From NCBI GenBank assembly GCA_963774265.1, contig CAVZDU010000001.1, forward strand, positions 992,001 to 1,056,000: DNA of 64,000 nucleotides. The letters run 5' to 3'. The translations under genes were made by a program, and so were the position numbers. The DNA is from an uncultured Chloroflexia bacterium. GTDB lineage: Bacteria > Chloroflexota > Anaerolineae > CG2-30-64-16. Position 1 is the stretch's first letter. Each line of letters opens with the position of its first letter. Below, piece by piece: positions 52,860 through 62,803 of this stretch. The notes beneath the pieces were generated by a model. That model worked only from the letters and a program-made list of their open reading frames with translations, made no database searches and had not been told where the DNA came from.

Positions 52860-53982
52860 TAGTTCTCCGTTTGCTTCGTTTGTACGATCGTCCTCAGCCG
52901 TCGTTCCGGCGTCCGTCGCGATACTTCCCCACGGGCTGCCTGCTCGGCCCACAGCCAGCACCGCCAGCACGGCTGCCGCGCCAGCACGAGCAGGGCCACC
53001 AGCTTGAACAGCCGGTTCTCCAGCCCCAGACGCCAGCACCGCCGAACAGTCGCGCAGAAGGCGTAGTAGCCCAGCACGATCTGCCGCTGGGTGAAGCCGA
53101 TGTCGAGCAGGCGGTAGTGCAGGTGGTCGCGGCCGCCGACTCCGGGCTGGCCGCCGCGCCGCCAGCGGTTGTAGATCAGCCAGGCCACGTCCAGGATCGG
53201 CAGGCCCATCACCAGCAGCACGGTGGCGACCTTCGCGCCGCCGATGATCCCCAGGGCGGCCAGCGCCCACCCCAGGAAGTACGATCCGCTGCTGCCCATG
53301 AAGACGCGCGCCGGGTTGAAGTTGAAGGGCAGGAAGCCCAGCGTCGCGCCCAGCAGCGCCACCGGCAGCAGGGCCACGCTGAATTGCCCCTCGCGGATCA
53401 TGTGGATGGCCAGGAAGGCGGCCACGATCGCCGAGACCCCCGCGGCCAGCCCATCCAGCCCGTCCAGCCAGTTGACGGTGTTGATCATGCCCATGAACCA
53501 GAAGATCGTCAGCACGCCAGACGACCGGCCAGGGGAAGACGATCTGTCCGGTAGCCGAAGCGGGTTGTTGACCCGCTCGATGAAGATGATGAAGGCAATG
53601 GCGATCAGCGGCGGAGCAGGAACTGGGCGATGTACTGCGGCCGGCTGGGGAACTGGAACTGGTCGTCCAGCAGGCCGAACAGGAAGACGGCCGTCGTGCC
53701 GATCAGCAGCCCGGTCAGGCGGAGTCAGCTCTTTGGGATCGAGCCGGGGCGGAAACCAGCGCCTGCGGCAGCAGCAGCGTGGCCAGCACCGCCGACGGTG
53801 AAGCCCGGCGTACATCGCCATGCCGCCCAGCCGGGGATGACCCCTCGATGCTGGCGGCGCCCGCCCGGCCGGTCAGCCCAGTCCAACCGGCTCGCCGAGC
53901 CGCCGCGCCACCGGCGTCATCGCGGCAGCGTGACAGCAGCGACGGCGAAGACGAGCAGGAACACGGGCAGATAGGCGGCCAT
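52860..53982 (-). CDS. WecA/TagO (MraY-like, GT4) undecaprenyl-phosphate GlcNAc-1-P transferase, frameshifted, 3' end approximate
   Basis: IPRLGG, NTVNWLDGLDGLA, NFNPARVFMG and DHLHYRL. Confidence 0.82.
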
Positions 53983-54030
53983 GCGTCACTGAGCGGATTG
54001 CCACAGAGGACACAGAATCGTAGAGCTAAC

Positions 54031-54058
54031 TGTAGAGCGTAGCATGCTACGTCTGTCA
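54031..54058. repeat. Degenerate REP-like palindrome
   Basis: TGTAGAG-CGTAGCATGCTACGTCTG, related to the 28085 and 30834 copies. Confidence 0.65.
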
Positions 54059-54077
54059 CGTATCACTCGTCACGTCA

Positions 54078-55430
54078 TCACGGATTCAGCCGGTCCAGCA
54101 TGCGCGGGAACGCGATCGTCTCCCGGATGTGGTCCAGCCCGCAGATCCACGACACGGTGCGCTCGACGCCCAGGCCGAAGCCGCTGTGCGGCACCGAGCC
54201 GTAGCGGCGCAGGTCGATGTACCACTGGTACGCCTCGTGCGGCAGGCCGTGCCGGTCGATGGCCGCCAGCAGCACGTCCGGGTCGCTCATGCGCTCGGAG
54301 CCGCCGATGATCTCGCCGTAGCCTTCGGGCGCCAGCAGGTCGGACGAGCGGCACACCTCGGGCCGGCCCGGCTCCGGCTCCATGTAGAACGCCTTGACCG
54401 CGCTCGGGTAGTGGTGGACGAAGACCGGCTTGTCGAACTGGCTGGCGATGATAGGTCTCGTGCGGCGCGCCGAAATCGTCGCCCCACTCGATGCGGCGGC
54501 AGCGGCTCGTCGTTCGGCGGCACCGTGACGCCCTCGGCCGCGGCCTCGTTGATCATCGCCACCGCTTCGTCGTAGCTGATGCGCGGGAAGGGCGGCGTCA
54601 CCTTCTCCAGGTGCGACGTGTCGCGCTCCAGCAGCTTCAGCTCGGCGGCGCGCTCGCGCAAGCGTCGTCTGCACGATGTAGCTGACGTACTGCTCTTCGA
54701 TCTCCAGCAACTCTTCCAGCTTGCAGAAGGCGATCTCCGGCTCCACCATCCAGAACTCCTGGAGGTGGCGGCGGGTCTTGCTCTTCTCGGCGCGGAAGGT
54801 GGGGCCGAAGCAGTAGACCTTGCCGAACGGCGAAGATGTTCGCCTCGTTGTAGAGCTGGCCGGTCTGCGCCAGGAAGGCCGGCCTCGCCGTGGAAATCGG
54901 TCTGGAAGAGCGTGGTCGTGCCCTCGGCGGCCGCCGGGGTCAGGATGGGCGTGTCCACCAGGATGAAAGCCGTTGTCGTCCAGCCAGTCGCGCATGGCCT
55001 TGACGATGGTCGCGCGGACGCGCAGGATGGCCCACTGGCGGTTGGAGCGCAGCCACAGGTGGCGGTTGTCCATCAGGAACTCGACGCCGTGCTCCTTGGG
55101 CGCGATGGGGTACTCGGCCGCTTCCTGGACGACTTCGCAGGCCGCGTCACGTCCAGCTCGAAGCCGCCGGGGATGCCCGGCGCGCGCTGCGTCGGCGCGG
55201 ACCATGCCGGTGACGATCAGCGACGACTCCAGGGGCATGCGCTTGGCCGCCTCGAAGGCCTCCTCCGAGACGTTGCCCCGGAAGACCACGGCCTGGATGA
55301 CGCCCGTGCCGTCGCGCACGCGCAGGAACTGCAGCTTGCCCTTGCCGGTCTTGAGTTGCAGCCACCCCTGGAGGGTGACCTCCTGCCCGACGTAGCTGGC
55401 GATGTCTTCGATGCGAATGATAGGTGTCAT
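54078..55430 (-). CDS. asnS: Asparagine--tRNA ligase (frameshifts, probably sequencing errors)
   Basis: [41 protein letters not shown] and [15 protein letters not shown]. Confidence 0.93.
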   Translation of the reverse strand: MTPIIRIEDIASYVGQEVTLQGWLQLKTGKGKLQFLRVRDGTGVIQAVVFRGNVSEEAFEAAKRMPLESSLIVTGMVRADAARAGHPRRLRAGRDAACEVVQEAAEYPIAPKEHGVEFLMDNRHLWLRSNRQWAILRVRATIVKAMRDWLDDNGFHPGGHAHPDPGGRRGHDHALPDRFPRRGRPSWRRPASSTTRRTSSPFGKVYCFGPTFRAEKSKTRRHLQEFWMVEPEIAFCKLEELLEIEEQYVSYIVQTTLARARRRAEAAGARHVAPGEGDAALPAHQLRRSGGDDQRGRGRGRHGAAERRAAAAASSGATISARRTRPIIASQFDKPVFVHHYPSAVKAFYMEPEPGRPEVCRSSDLLAPEGYGEIIGGSERMSDPDVLLAAIDRHGLPHEAYQWYIDLRRYGSVPHSGFGLGVERTVSWICGLDHIRETIAFPRMLDRLNP

Positions 55431-55461
55431 GAGTGCTCCCTAGCGGAGGGTGATGGCGGCG

Positions 55462-55470
55462 ATTATAACA
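55462..55470 (-). promoter_or_regulatory. Extended -10 promoter for asnS
   Basis: TGTTATAAT on the minus strand, about 30 nt upstream of the ATG. Confidence 0.6.
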
Positions 55471-55486
55471 TACGCGGGGAGCCGTG

Positions 55487-56833
55487 TCATACACGCTCCA
55501 CGCGCACGCGCTCGATCTTCGGGCCCGTCATCTTGGTCACCGTGAATCTGAAGGTGCGATCGTGGCCCGGCGCGGCGAAGTTGAGAGATTCGCCTTGCTT
55601 CGGGATGTGCCGCCACTGGAACAGCAGGAACCCGGCAACTGTCTCATACTCGTCTGCGGTGGGCAGGTCCAACTTCAGCGCTTCGTTGAGCTCATCCACG
55701 CGCGTCTGCGCGTCGATGTCGTACACGTCCTCCCTCAGCGTCTCCACCGTCGGCCGTTCGTCCACCCATTCGTCCGTCAGCCGGCCGACTACTTCTTCGG
55801 CCAACTCCTCGGTGGTGACCAGCCCCGCCGTGCCGCCGTATTCATCGATCACGATGGCCATGTGCTGGCGGTCACGGCGCATCTCGTTGAATAGATCGCC
55901 GATGCGCCGGCTCTCAGGGATGACGAGCGCGGGATGAACGACATTGAGCTCAGCCAGCGAGCGATTCACAGTCGCGGGATCGTCGATCAGGAGAGCGAGC
56001 ACCTCCTTCATGGCCAGCACGCCGACGATGTGGTCCAGGTCATCGTCGTACACAGGGAAGCGCGAATGGCGCGAGTGGCGGAATGTGCTCAACAGCTCAC
56101 CCAGCGTGCCGTCCTTCTCGACAGCCACGATGTCTGGCCGTGGGATCATGGCTTCGCGCACGAAGCGGTCGCCGAAGTCCAGCGCGCGGACGAGCATCTG
56201 CTGTTCGCCCGGCTCGATGACGCCGCCTTGCGTGCTTTCCATCACGACATCTTTGAGCTCCTGCACGGTGTGGATGCCGTGGGCGGTCTGTCCACCGATG
56301 CCGAGCAACTTGAGCACGAGGGCGGTCGACTTATCAACGAGCCAGACCAGAGGCGTCGCAATCCGGGCGAAAATGGTCATCGGGCCGGCGATGAACAAGG
56401 CGGCCCGCACCGGAAAGCGCAGCGCAATTGTCTTGGGTGTCTGTTCGCCGATAACCATATGTAGGAAGGAGAGCAGCAGCAGCACGAGGACCGCGCCCAG
56501 CCCGGTGGCAACGGCTGGCGGAAGATTGACCACCGCAAAGATCGATCCCAACACGGGCGACAGAAGTTCACTCAGCGGTTCCTCGGCCACAATGCCGAGC
56601 AGGATGGAGGCCACCGTGATGCCGAGCTGCGAGCCGGCGATGGCCCAGTCCGGGTCTCGCAACAGGCGGCTCACCTGCCTGGCGGAAGCATTGCCCTCCT
56701 CAGCCAGGCGCTCAATTTGCCCTCGCCGCACAGTGACGATGGCAAATTCGACCGTCACGAAGAACGCGTTCGTCAGGATGATGAACAGACCCCCCAGGAT
56801 GGGCCACAAGATTTCCCCTTGTTGGGTTGGCAT
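55487..56833 (-). CDS. Hemolysin/CNNM family protein (DUF21, CBS pair and CorC domains)
   Basis: NAFFVTVEFA, QLGIT, GEQTPK, HSRFPV, IDEYGGTAG and ETVAG. Confidence 0.9.
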   Translation of the reverse strand: MPTQQGEILWPILGGLFIILTNAFFVTVEFAIVTVRRGQIERLAEEGNASARQVSRLLRDPDWAIAGSQLGITVASILLGIVAEEPLSELLSPVLGSIFAVVNLPPAVATGLGAVLVLLLLSFLHMVIGEQTPKTIALRFPVRAALFIAGPMTIFARIATPLVWLVDKSTALVLKLLGIGGQTAHGIHTVQELKDVVMESTQGGVIEPGEQQMLVRALDFGDRFVREAMIPRPDIVAVEKDGTLGELLSTFRHSRHSRFPVYDDDLDHIVGVLAMKEVLALLIDDPATVNRSLAELNVVHPALVIPESRRIGDLFNEMRRDRQHMAIVIDEYGGTAGLVTTEELAEEVVGRLTDEWVDERPTVETLREDVYDIDAQTRVDELNEALKLDLPTADEYETVAGFLLFQWRHIPKQGESLNFAAPGHDRTFRFTVTKMTGPKIERVRVERV

Positions 56834-56910
56834 GGTCGGCGCTCCTCCCTCCAGGCAGTCCAGATTATAGCAGACTCACGCACAAATACTGATTATGTTA
56901 TACTCTGGCT

Positions 56911-57837
56911 ATGCAGCTTGGCTTGGGTACAGCCTCCGGCAAGGTCATTCTTTTCGGCGAGCATGCGGTCGTGTATGGCCGGCCAGCCCTTGCCGTGCCG
57001 GTGACGCAGGTGTGCGCCACGGCGACGGTTGAGACAGGCGCGGACGGGGCCGGAACGGTAATTGATGCGTTGGACCTGCGCCGCCGCGTGACGCTGGACC
57101 AGTCTGGCCACCCCCTGGCCGAAGTAGCGTTGTTGGCGTTGAAACGACTTGGCCTTGCATGTCCCGACTGGCGCGTCTCGCTCCACTCGACTATCCCCAT
57201 CGCCAGTGGGCTGGGCAGCGGCGCCGCGGTGTCGGCGGCAGTGGTCCGCGCGCTGGCCAGCGCCGCGGGGCGCGAGCTGGACCCGGCGGAGGTGTCAGAT
57301 ATCGTCTTTCAGGTCGAGCGGCTGCACCACGGCACGCCCAGCGGGGTGGACAACACCGTCATTGCCTACGGCCAACCGGTGTATTTCGTGCGCGGGCATC
57401 CTCCACAGCCGTTCGCCATCGGGCGGCCTTTCACCCTGGTCATCGGCGATACCGGCATCCCCAGTCCGACGAAGGTCGCAGTGGGTGATGTGCGCGCCGG
57501 GTGGCTGCAGGACCCTGTCCGCTATGACGGGTGGTTCGACCAGGTGGCCGTCATCGTTGAGGCCGCCCGAGAGGCGATCGCCGGCGGCGCGCCAGAGAAG
57601 CTGGGGCCGTTGATGGACGAGAACCAAGCCTTGTTGGGTGAGATGGGCGTCTCCAGCCCCGAGCTGGAGCGCCTGGTCCAGGCGGCGCGGGCCGCGGGCG
57701 CGGGCGGTGCCAAGCTCTCGGGCGGCGGCCGCGGGGGCAACATGATCGCGCTTGTGACGCGCGAGAGGGCGGACGCAGTGGTCGGTGGCCTGCGCGCCGC
57801 GGGCGCGGTGCGTGTCATCGTGACGGAGATCGGTTAG
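56911..57837 (+). CDS. mvk: Mevalonate kinase
   Basis: GKVILFGEHAVVYG, PIASGLGSGAA, HGTPSGVD and AKLSGGGRGG. Confidence 0.92.
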   Translation: MQLGLGTASGKVILFGEHAVVYGRPALAVPVTQVCATATVETGADGAGTVIDALDLRRRVTLDQSGHPLAEVALLALKRLGLACPDWRVSLHSTIPIASGLGSGAAVSAAVVRALASAAGRELDPAEVSDIVFQVERLHHGTPSGVDNTVIAYGQPVYFVRGHPPQPFAIGRPFTLVIGDTGIPSPTKVAVGDVRAGWLQDPVRYDGWFDQVAVIVEAAREAIAGGAPEKLGPLMDENQALLGEMGVSSPELERLVQAARAAGAGGAKLSGGGRGGNMIALVTRERADAVVGGLRAAGAVRVIVTEIG

Positions 57838-57872
57838 CCACAGAGAACACAGAGTCCACAAAGGCAAAACGT

Positions 57873-59162
57873 ATGGATTTGCGTGAGTTTCTAGCTGCCG
57901 CTGACGAGGCCGGTTATCTCCTCCGCTACAAGTCGGAGGCCGACCCGTACCTGGAGATCGCGCGGCTGGCCCTGGCGCGCGATGGTCGGCCCATGGTGTT
58001 CGAGCGCGTGAAGGGCAGCCCGTACCAGGTGGTCGCGGGCGTGTGCTCGGATCGCCGTTATTTTGGCCTGGCGCTCGGTGTGCCCGCAGAGCAGGTGCTC
58101 TTCCGGCTGACGGAGGCGCTGGCGAATCCGCAGGAGCCGTCCCTGGTCCCGGCCGGTCCGTGCGGGGAAGTCGTTCTGCCCCAGGTCGACCTGGAACAGC
58201 TTCCCTTCCTGACACACTACCCCGAGGACGGCGGCCCGTACGCGTCGTCCGCGGTCGTGTTCATCAATGATCCGGCGTCTGGGCGCAATGCGTCCTACCA
58301 CCGGCTGCTGCGGCTCGACAAGACACGCGTGGCTGCCCGGCTCGTCGAGCGCCGCGGCACGGAGACTGCGTGGCGCAACTCGACGGACGGCATCCCCGTC
58401 GGCATCTGCATCGGCCTGCCGCTCCACGTGCTCCTGGCCGCGTCCATGGCCCCGCCGCCCGGCATCGATGAAATGAGCATCGCCCAGGCCCTCGCGCCCA
58501 CACCGATGGTTGAGCTGGCGAACGGTGTGCGCGTGCCGGCCGACGCCGAATTCGTGCTTGAGGGGTGGATCACCAAGACGCTGACCGACGAGGGACCGTT
58601 CGTGGACCTCACCGGCACCTACGACTTCATCCGCCAGCAGCCGGTCATCGAGATTCAACGGGTGACACACCGCCGCGGCGCGATCTATCATGCCCTGCTT
58701 CCCGGACGGCTGGAGCACAAGCTGCTCATGGGCATGCCCCGGGAGCCGACCATCTTCGCCGAGGTCAACAAGGTGACGCGTTGCCTCAACGTCAACATCA
58801 CCCCCGGCGGCGCGTCGTGGCTGCATGCGGTCGTGCAGATCGCCAAACAAGGCCCCAACGACGGACGGAAGGCCATCGCGGCCGCGTTCAGGGGGCACAC
58901 CAGCCTGAAGCACGTGTGGGTGGTGGATGAAGACATCAACCCGTTCGACCCGGGCGAGGTGGAGTGGGCCGTGGCGACCCGCTTCCAGGCCGATCGTGGT
59001 CTCGTGGTGCTCGGGGGACAGCCCTCCAGCTCGTTGGATCCATCGGCGCAACACACGCCCGGCCAGAAAAGCCGCACCGCGAAGATGGGCATGGACGTAA
59101 CGATGCACTGGGATACGCCGGCTGGCCCGCGCGATCGCGAGGCGTATCGCCGTGTCGGTTAG
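57873..59162 (+). CDS. UbiD family prFMN-dependent decarboxylase (candidate anhydromevalonate-phosphate decarboxylase)
   Basis: EGPFVD, EHKLLMGMPREP, KHVWVVDEDI, WAVATRFQAD and SLDPS; directly downstream of mvk. Confidence 0.85.
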   Translation: MDLREFLAAADEAGYLLRYKSEADPYLEIARLALARDGRPMVFERVKGSPYQVVAGVCSDRRYFGLALGVPAEQVLFRLTEALANPQEPSLVPAGPCGEVVLPQVDLEQLPFLTHYPEDGGPYASSAVVFINDPASGRNASYHRLLRLDKTRVAARLVERRGTETAWRNSTDGIPVGICIGLPLHVLLAASMAPPPGIDEMSIAQALAPTPMVELANGVRVPADAEFVLEGWITKTLTDEGPFVDLTGTYDFIRQQPVIEIQRVTHRRGAIYHALLPGRLEHKLLMGMPREPTIFAEVNKVTRCLNVNITPGGASWLHAVVQIAKQGPNDGRKAIAAAFRGHTSLKHVWVVDEDINPFDPGEVEWAVATRFQADRGLVVLGGQPSSSLDPSAQHTPGQKSRTAKMGMDVTMHWDTPAGPRDREAYRRVG

Positions 59163-59245
59163 ACAATTGACGCGCTTGATGAATCCTTTTGGCCTGTTCA
59201 TACGTAATAACAGGTATTAGCCATAAACTCGGATTGAGGTCTCGG

Positions 59246-60415
59246 ATGGGTCACCGCAATAAGCGGCGGGATGAGGACTGGGCGCCCCTGGTGTTGATGG
59301 GGCTCGCCGCGCTGGCAAACTTGTTTCGCGGATCCAGGGGCAGAGGTCGCGGGTCGATATTCGACACGCGTCGGCCCGCGTCGTCGCCATTTAAGCCGAT
59401 TGTCACCCTGGTCATGCTCGTCGGAGCGTTCATCGCCTTGGGCGGGCTGCTGACCGTACTTTCCCTGATCGCTGCGCTCGGCAATGGCGGCGCGCTGTTC
59501 GTCGTTTGCGGCGTGCCCGTGCTGCTCGTGGCGTTCATGGCCTGGATGTTCAGCCAACGGTCCAAGCAGGCGTCGAGCGCTGCGTCTGAGTCGCAGCCAG
59601 GGACAATCGATGCGGCGCCCGGCGAAGTGCGCGCGGCCGGCCCGGAAGCGGCTCAGCCGCAGGCGGCCACCCCGCAAAGGACGGAGGCTGCGCCTGCGCT
59701 CCCTGCGACCCGCCTGCCTCAGATATTCGGCCGCGCTGAGCCGGGAGCCCGCCGCACCGCGAAAGCCGGCGCCGTCCCGGAGAAGCCCCCGTGCACGCCG
59801 GCGCAGTACCGGCAGCGGGCGGTCTCTTATCGGCGCAAGATGCAAAGCCTGGTCAAGACCCGCCGGCCCGGCCCGATTGCCGAGCGGATGAACGGGGTGT
59901 TCCAGAAACTCAAGAGCTGGGAAGAGCGTGTCGGGGAGCTTGCCGACCGCCTGGCCTTGTACGAGAACGATGAGTTGATCCAGCGGGACGTGCGGGAGAC
60001 GCCGGGACATATCGCGCGGCTTCAACGCCAGCTCACCCAGGAGGTCGAGCCGGAGATGCAGCAGCAGGTGCAGCGCACCCTGGCTGCATACGAGGAGCAG
60101 CAACGCCAGCTCGCGCTGCTTGCGCGCGTGATGAAGCGCACGCGGCTGAACCTGGATGATACGCTGGCCGCCATGGGCACGGTTTATTCGCAGTTGCAGG
60201 TGCTCAATGCGATGGACATCGACGGGCCGACAGCCGCGCGCATCGCGGGGGATGTGGATCGCGAGGTGGAGCGGTTGAACGACCTGCTCGCGGCCATGTC
60301 GGATGTTTACGCACAAAGCGGCGAGACCCCTGCGCAACCTGCCGCGGACCTGGACGACGAAAGCGCCGGGTTGGCCGGGCGGAAGGCGCGGTTGAGCGGG
60401 GACGCATCAGGCTGA
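59246..60415 (+). CDS. Hypothetical membrane-anchored coiled-coil protein
   Basis: Hydrophobic N-terminal segments, Pro/Ala linker and helical C-terminal half; no family recognised. Confidence 0.65.
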   Translation: MGHRNKRRDEDWAPLVLMGLAALANLFRGSRGRGRGSIFDTRRPASSPFKPIVTLVMLVGAFIALGGLLTVLSLIAALGNGGALFVVCGVPVLLVAFMAWMFSQRSKQASSAASESQPGTIDAAPGEVRAAGPEAAQPQAATPQRTEAAPALPATRLPQIFGRAEPGARRTAKAGAVPEKPPCTPAQYRQRAVSYRRKMQSLVKTRRPGPIAERMNGVFQKLKSWEERVGELADRLALYENDELIQRDVRETPGHIARLQRQLTQEVEPEMQQQVQRTLAAYEEQQRQLALLARVMKRTRLNLDDTLAAMGTVYSQLQVLNAMDIDGPTAARIAGDVDREVERLNDLLAAMSDVYAQSGETPAQPAADLDDESAGLAGRKARLSGDASG

Positions 60416-60422
60416 GGATAGC

Positions 60423-61016
60423 ATGCCAGAACTTATGCTGCGGACTTTCATCGCGATCGAGCTGGACGAGACGGTGCGCGAGGGGTTAGGCCGCGTCCAG
60501 GGCAAATTCCAGCGACAGGCGCCACAAGGCAGCGTCAGATGGGTCGCGCCCGACGCCATTCACCTGACGCTTAAGTTCCTGGGCGACACGCCCGTGAACC
60601 GGGTGAGTAAGGTTGCGGATGCGCTCGCCGCGGCGTGCGCAGAGTTTGCACCTTTCGACATTTCCGTCGAGGGCCGGGGCTGTTTCCCAAACCTGCGCCG
60701 GCCGCGAGTGATCTGGGTTGCGGTGCGCGATGTGGCGGGAAAGCGCCTCGTCCCCCTGCAGGCTGCCATCGAGAAACACGTTGCCCCGCTCGGCTTTCCG
60801 ACCGAGGAGCGCGGTTTTTCACCCCACCTGACCCTGGGCCGGGTGGCGCGCAGCGCAGGCGCGGCGGAAGAAGCCGCTGTCGGTCAGATGGTGGAGAGAT
60901 CGGTCGTAGAGCAAATCGCCGTGCAACGCGTGCACGCCGTTCACCTCATCAAGAGTGATCTGCGACCGGCGGGGCCGGTGTATACTGTGCTGGCGACGGT
61001 GGAACTGGGGGGCTAG
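60423..61016 (+). CDS. thpR: RNA 2',3'-cyclic phosphodiesterase
   Basis: RTFIA, two HxT motifs (HLTLKF and PHLTLGR) and GPVY. Confidence 0.92.
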   Translation: MPELMLRTFIAIELDETVREGLGRVQGKFQRQAPQGSVRWVAPDAIHLTLKFLGDTPVNRVSKVADALAAACAEFAPFDISVEGRGCFPNLRRPRVIWVAVRDVAGKRLVPLQAAIEKHVAPLGFPTEERGFSPHLTLGRVARSAGAAEEAAVGQMVERSVVEQIAVQRVHAVHLIKSDLRPAGPVYTVLATVELGG

Positions 61017-62295
61017 GGTCCGTTTCCGGTGTCTTTTCGTCGGACCGAGCAGGTGAAGCGGCTTCCTGCATCCATAGTGCGTGCGTCGCGGTCGCCAGCG
61101 GCGTGAGGAATAGCCACGCGGCAAAGAAACTGAACAGGCCGATCGCTGCTGCGCCGGTGAGTTGGGCCTGCAACTGCAATGGGAAATCCGGACCAGCGGC
61201 GACGCCCGCCGACCCATCCGCCAGCAGGCCCACGGCAGCCAGCCCCAACAGGCCGCCCAGGCCGTGGATAGTCAGGCCGGCTGTGGGGTCATCCCAGCGC
61301 AGGATCCGATCGACGGTGAAAATTGCAATGGGCGTGAGCACCCCGATCAGGGCGCCGAGGAGCAGGGCCCCCCAAGCCGGAATGAACGCTGCAGCCGCCA
61401 GGCTGGCGGCCACGGCCATGCCGACCGCGCGCGATCCCATCAGCGGATCGTAACGGCCGGCGACGAGTCCTGTGTACCCGAGCGAGAAGAGCGCTGCGCT
61501 GGCCGCGGCCAACACGGTGTGCAACAACACGCGCTGAAGCTCAATGTCCTTGGGCAACAGCGGATTGGCTGTCAACCAGGCTGCCAGGCCTACAAACAGC
61601 AGACCAACGCCCATCAGGCTGAGCAGGGGGAAGGTGGCCGCCGGCAGCGCCACTGTTTCGTTGTCCACGACCCGCCGGGCGCGCCGCGGCAGGAAGACGA
61701 GCAGCCCGGCCAGCGCGACGGCTGCACCCAGAAGATGGACCAGGCCCGCGCCGCCGGGATCGACCAGGCCCTGGGCCAGCCCAAGGTTGCTGCCCAGGTT
61801 CGCCAGCCAGCCGCCGCCCCAGGTCCAGTTGCCGGCCAGGGGATAGAGCAGGGCGCCGACCAGGAAGCCCAGGAGCGCGACCGCCCAGCTTGGGATACGG
61901 CCTCGCAGGCTGGATATGGGGATCAGAGCGGCGGTGAGCACCCAGGGCAGGTTGGCGAGGGCAAGCATACGGGCTTCCGGCGTGTCCGCTGCGCCTGACA
62001 AGGCCCAGCCTGCAAGACCGGCCATGCCCCAACCCGATCCCCAGGTGACGCCGAGGGCCGACCACTCCCAGATCAACCCGTCGTAGCCGGGGAGCTCGTG
62101 TGCAAGGCCCACGCCGCCGAACTGAAGCGCGAAACCTGTGATAACATATCCGACAACGGCCAAACCGAGCGCGGCCAGGACGCTCACAAGCCCGTGGCGT
62201 GCGCGCTCCGCAGGAAGTCCGCCGGAGCCGATCAACGCGTATCCGATGGGCACCAGGAAGGCAAGACCGAGGGTCAACAGGGGTTGCTCGAGCAT
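60949..62295 (-). CDS. Divergent ammonium transporter (Amt)-like membrane protein
   Basis: YPLAGNWTWGGGWL, DPGGAGLVH and WDDP...HG; about 11 TM segments. Confidence 0.75.
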   Translation of the reverse strand: MLEQPLLTLGLAFLVPIGYALIGSGGLPAERARHGLVSVLAALGLAVVGYVITGFALQFGGVGLAHELPGYDGLIWEWSALGVTWGSGWGMAGLAGWALSGAADTPEARMLALANLPWVLTAALIPISSLRGRIPSWAVALLGFLVGALLYPLAGNWTWGGGWLANLGSNLGLAQGLVDPGGAGLVHLLGAAVALAGLLVFLPRRARRVVDNETVALPAATFPLLSLMGVGLLFVGLAAWLTANPLLPKDIELQRVLLHTVLAAASAALFSLGYTGLVAGRYDPLMGSRAVGMAVAASLAAAAFIPAWGALLLGALIGVLTPIAIFTVDRILRWDDPTAGLTIHGLGGLLGLAAVGLLADGSAGVAAGPDFPLQLQAQLTGAAAIGLFSFFAAWLFLTPLATATHALWMQEAASPARSDEKTPETDPSPPVPPSPAQYTPAPPVADHS

Positions 62296-62302
62296 ACATC
62301 CT

Positions 62303-62803
62303 ATGGTATCACAGGAATCCATCCACTCGCAAAGTGTGCCGCCCGCCCTGCTGGTAGATGCCATGCTGGGCAAGCTGGCGCGCTGGCTGCGCTTGGCGGG
62401 TTACGATGCGGCGTTCTGGCGTGAGGGCAGCGACGAGCAACTGATCGTCGCTGCGCGGGGTGAGCGCCGGCTGATCGTCACGAAGGATCACGGATTGGCT
62501 GGCCGGCGGGGCGTGGATGCATTGTTGATCGAGATGGATGATCTCGACGGGCAAATTGCTGAGGCGCGCGCCGCACTGGCTTTCCGCGGTCCGGTCCCCG
62601 AGCCCTTCACTCGTTGTGCTGAGTGCAATGGGCTGTTGGTCGAGCTATCTCACGCGGACGCGCAGGGTCTCGTGCCGCCCTACGTCTGGCACACCCAAAT
62701 GGTCTTCCGGCGGTGTGACCGCTGCGGTCGAGCTTATTGGAAGGGGACGCATTGGCCCGACATGGAACAGCGGCTGAACGCCCGGGGTGAGGAAGCATCG
62801 TGA
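62303..62803 (+). CDS. Mut7-C RNase domain protein
   Basis: DAMLGKLARWLRLAGYD, RCAECN and CDRCGRAYWKGTH; start uncertain. Confidence 0.88.
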   Translation: MVSQESIHSQSVPPALLVDAMLGKLARWLRLAGYDAAFWREGSDEQLIVAARGERRLIVTKDHGLAGRRGVDALLIEMDDLDGQIAEARAALAFRGPVPEPFTRCAECNGLLVELSHADAQGLVPPYVWHTQMVFRRCDRCGRAYWKGTHWPDMEQRLNARGEEAS

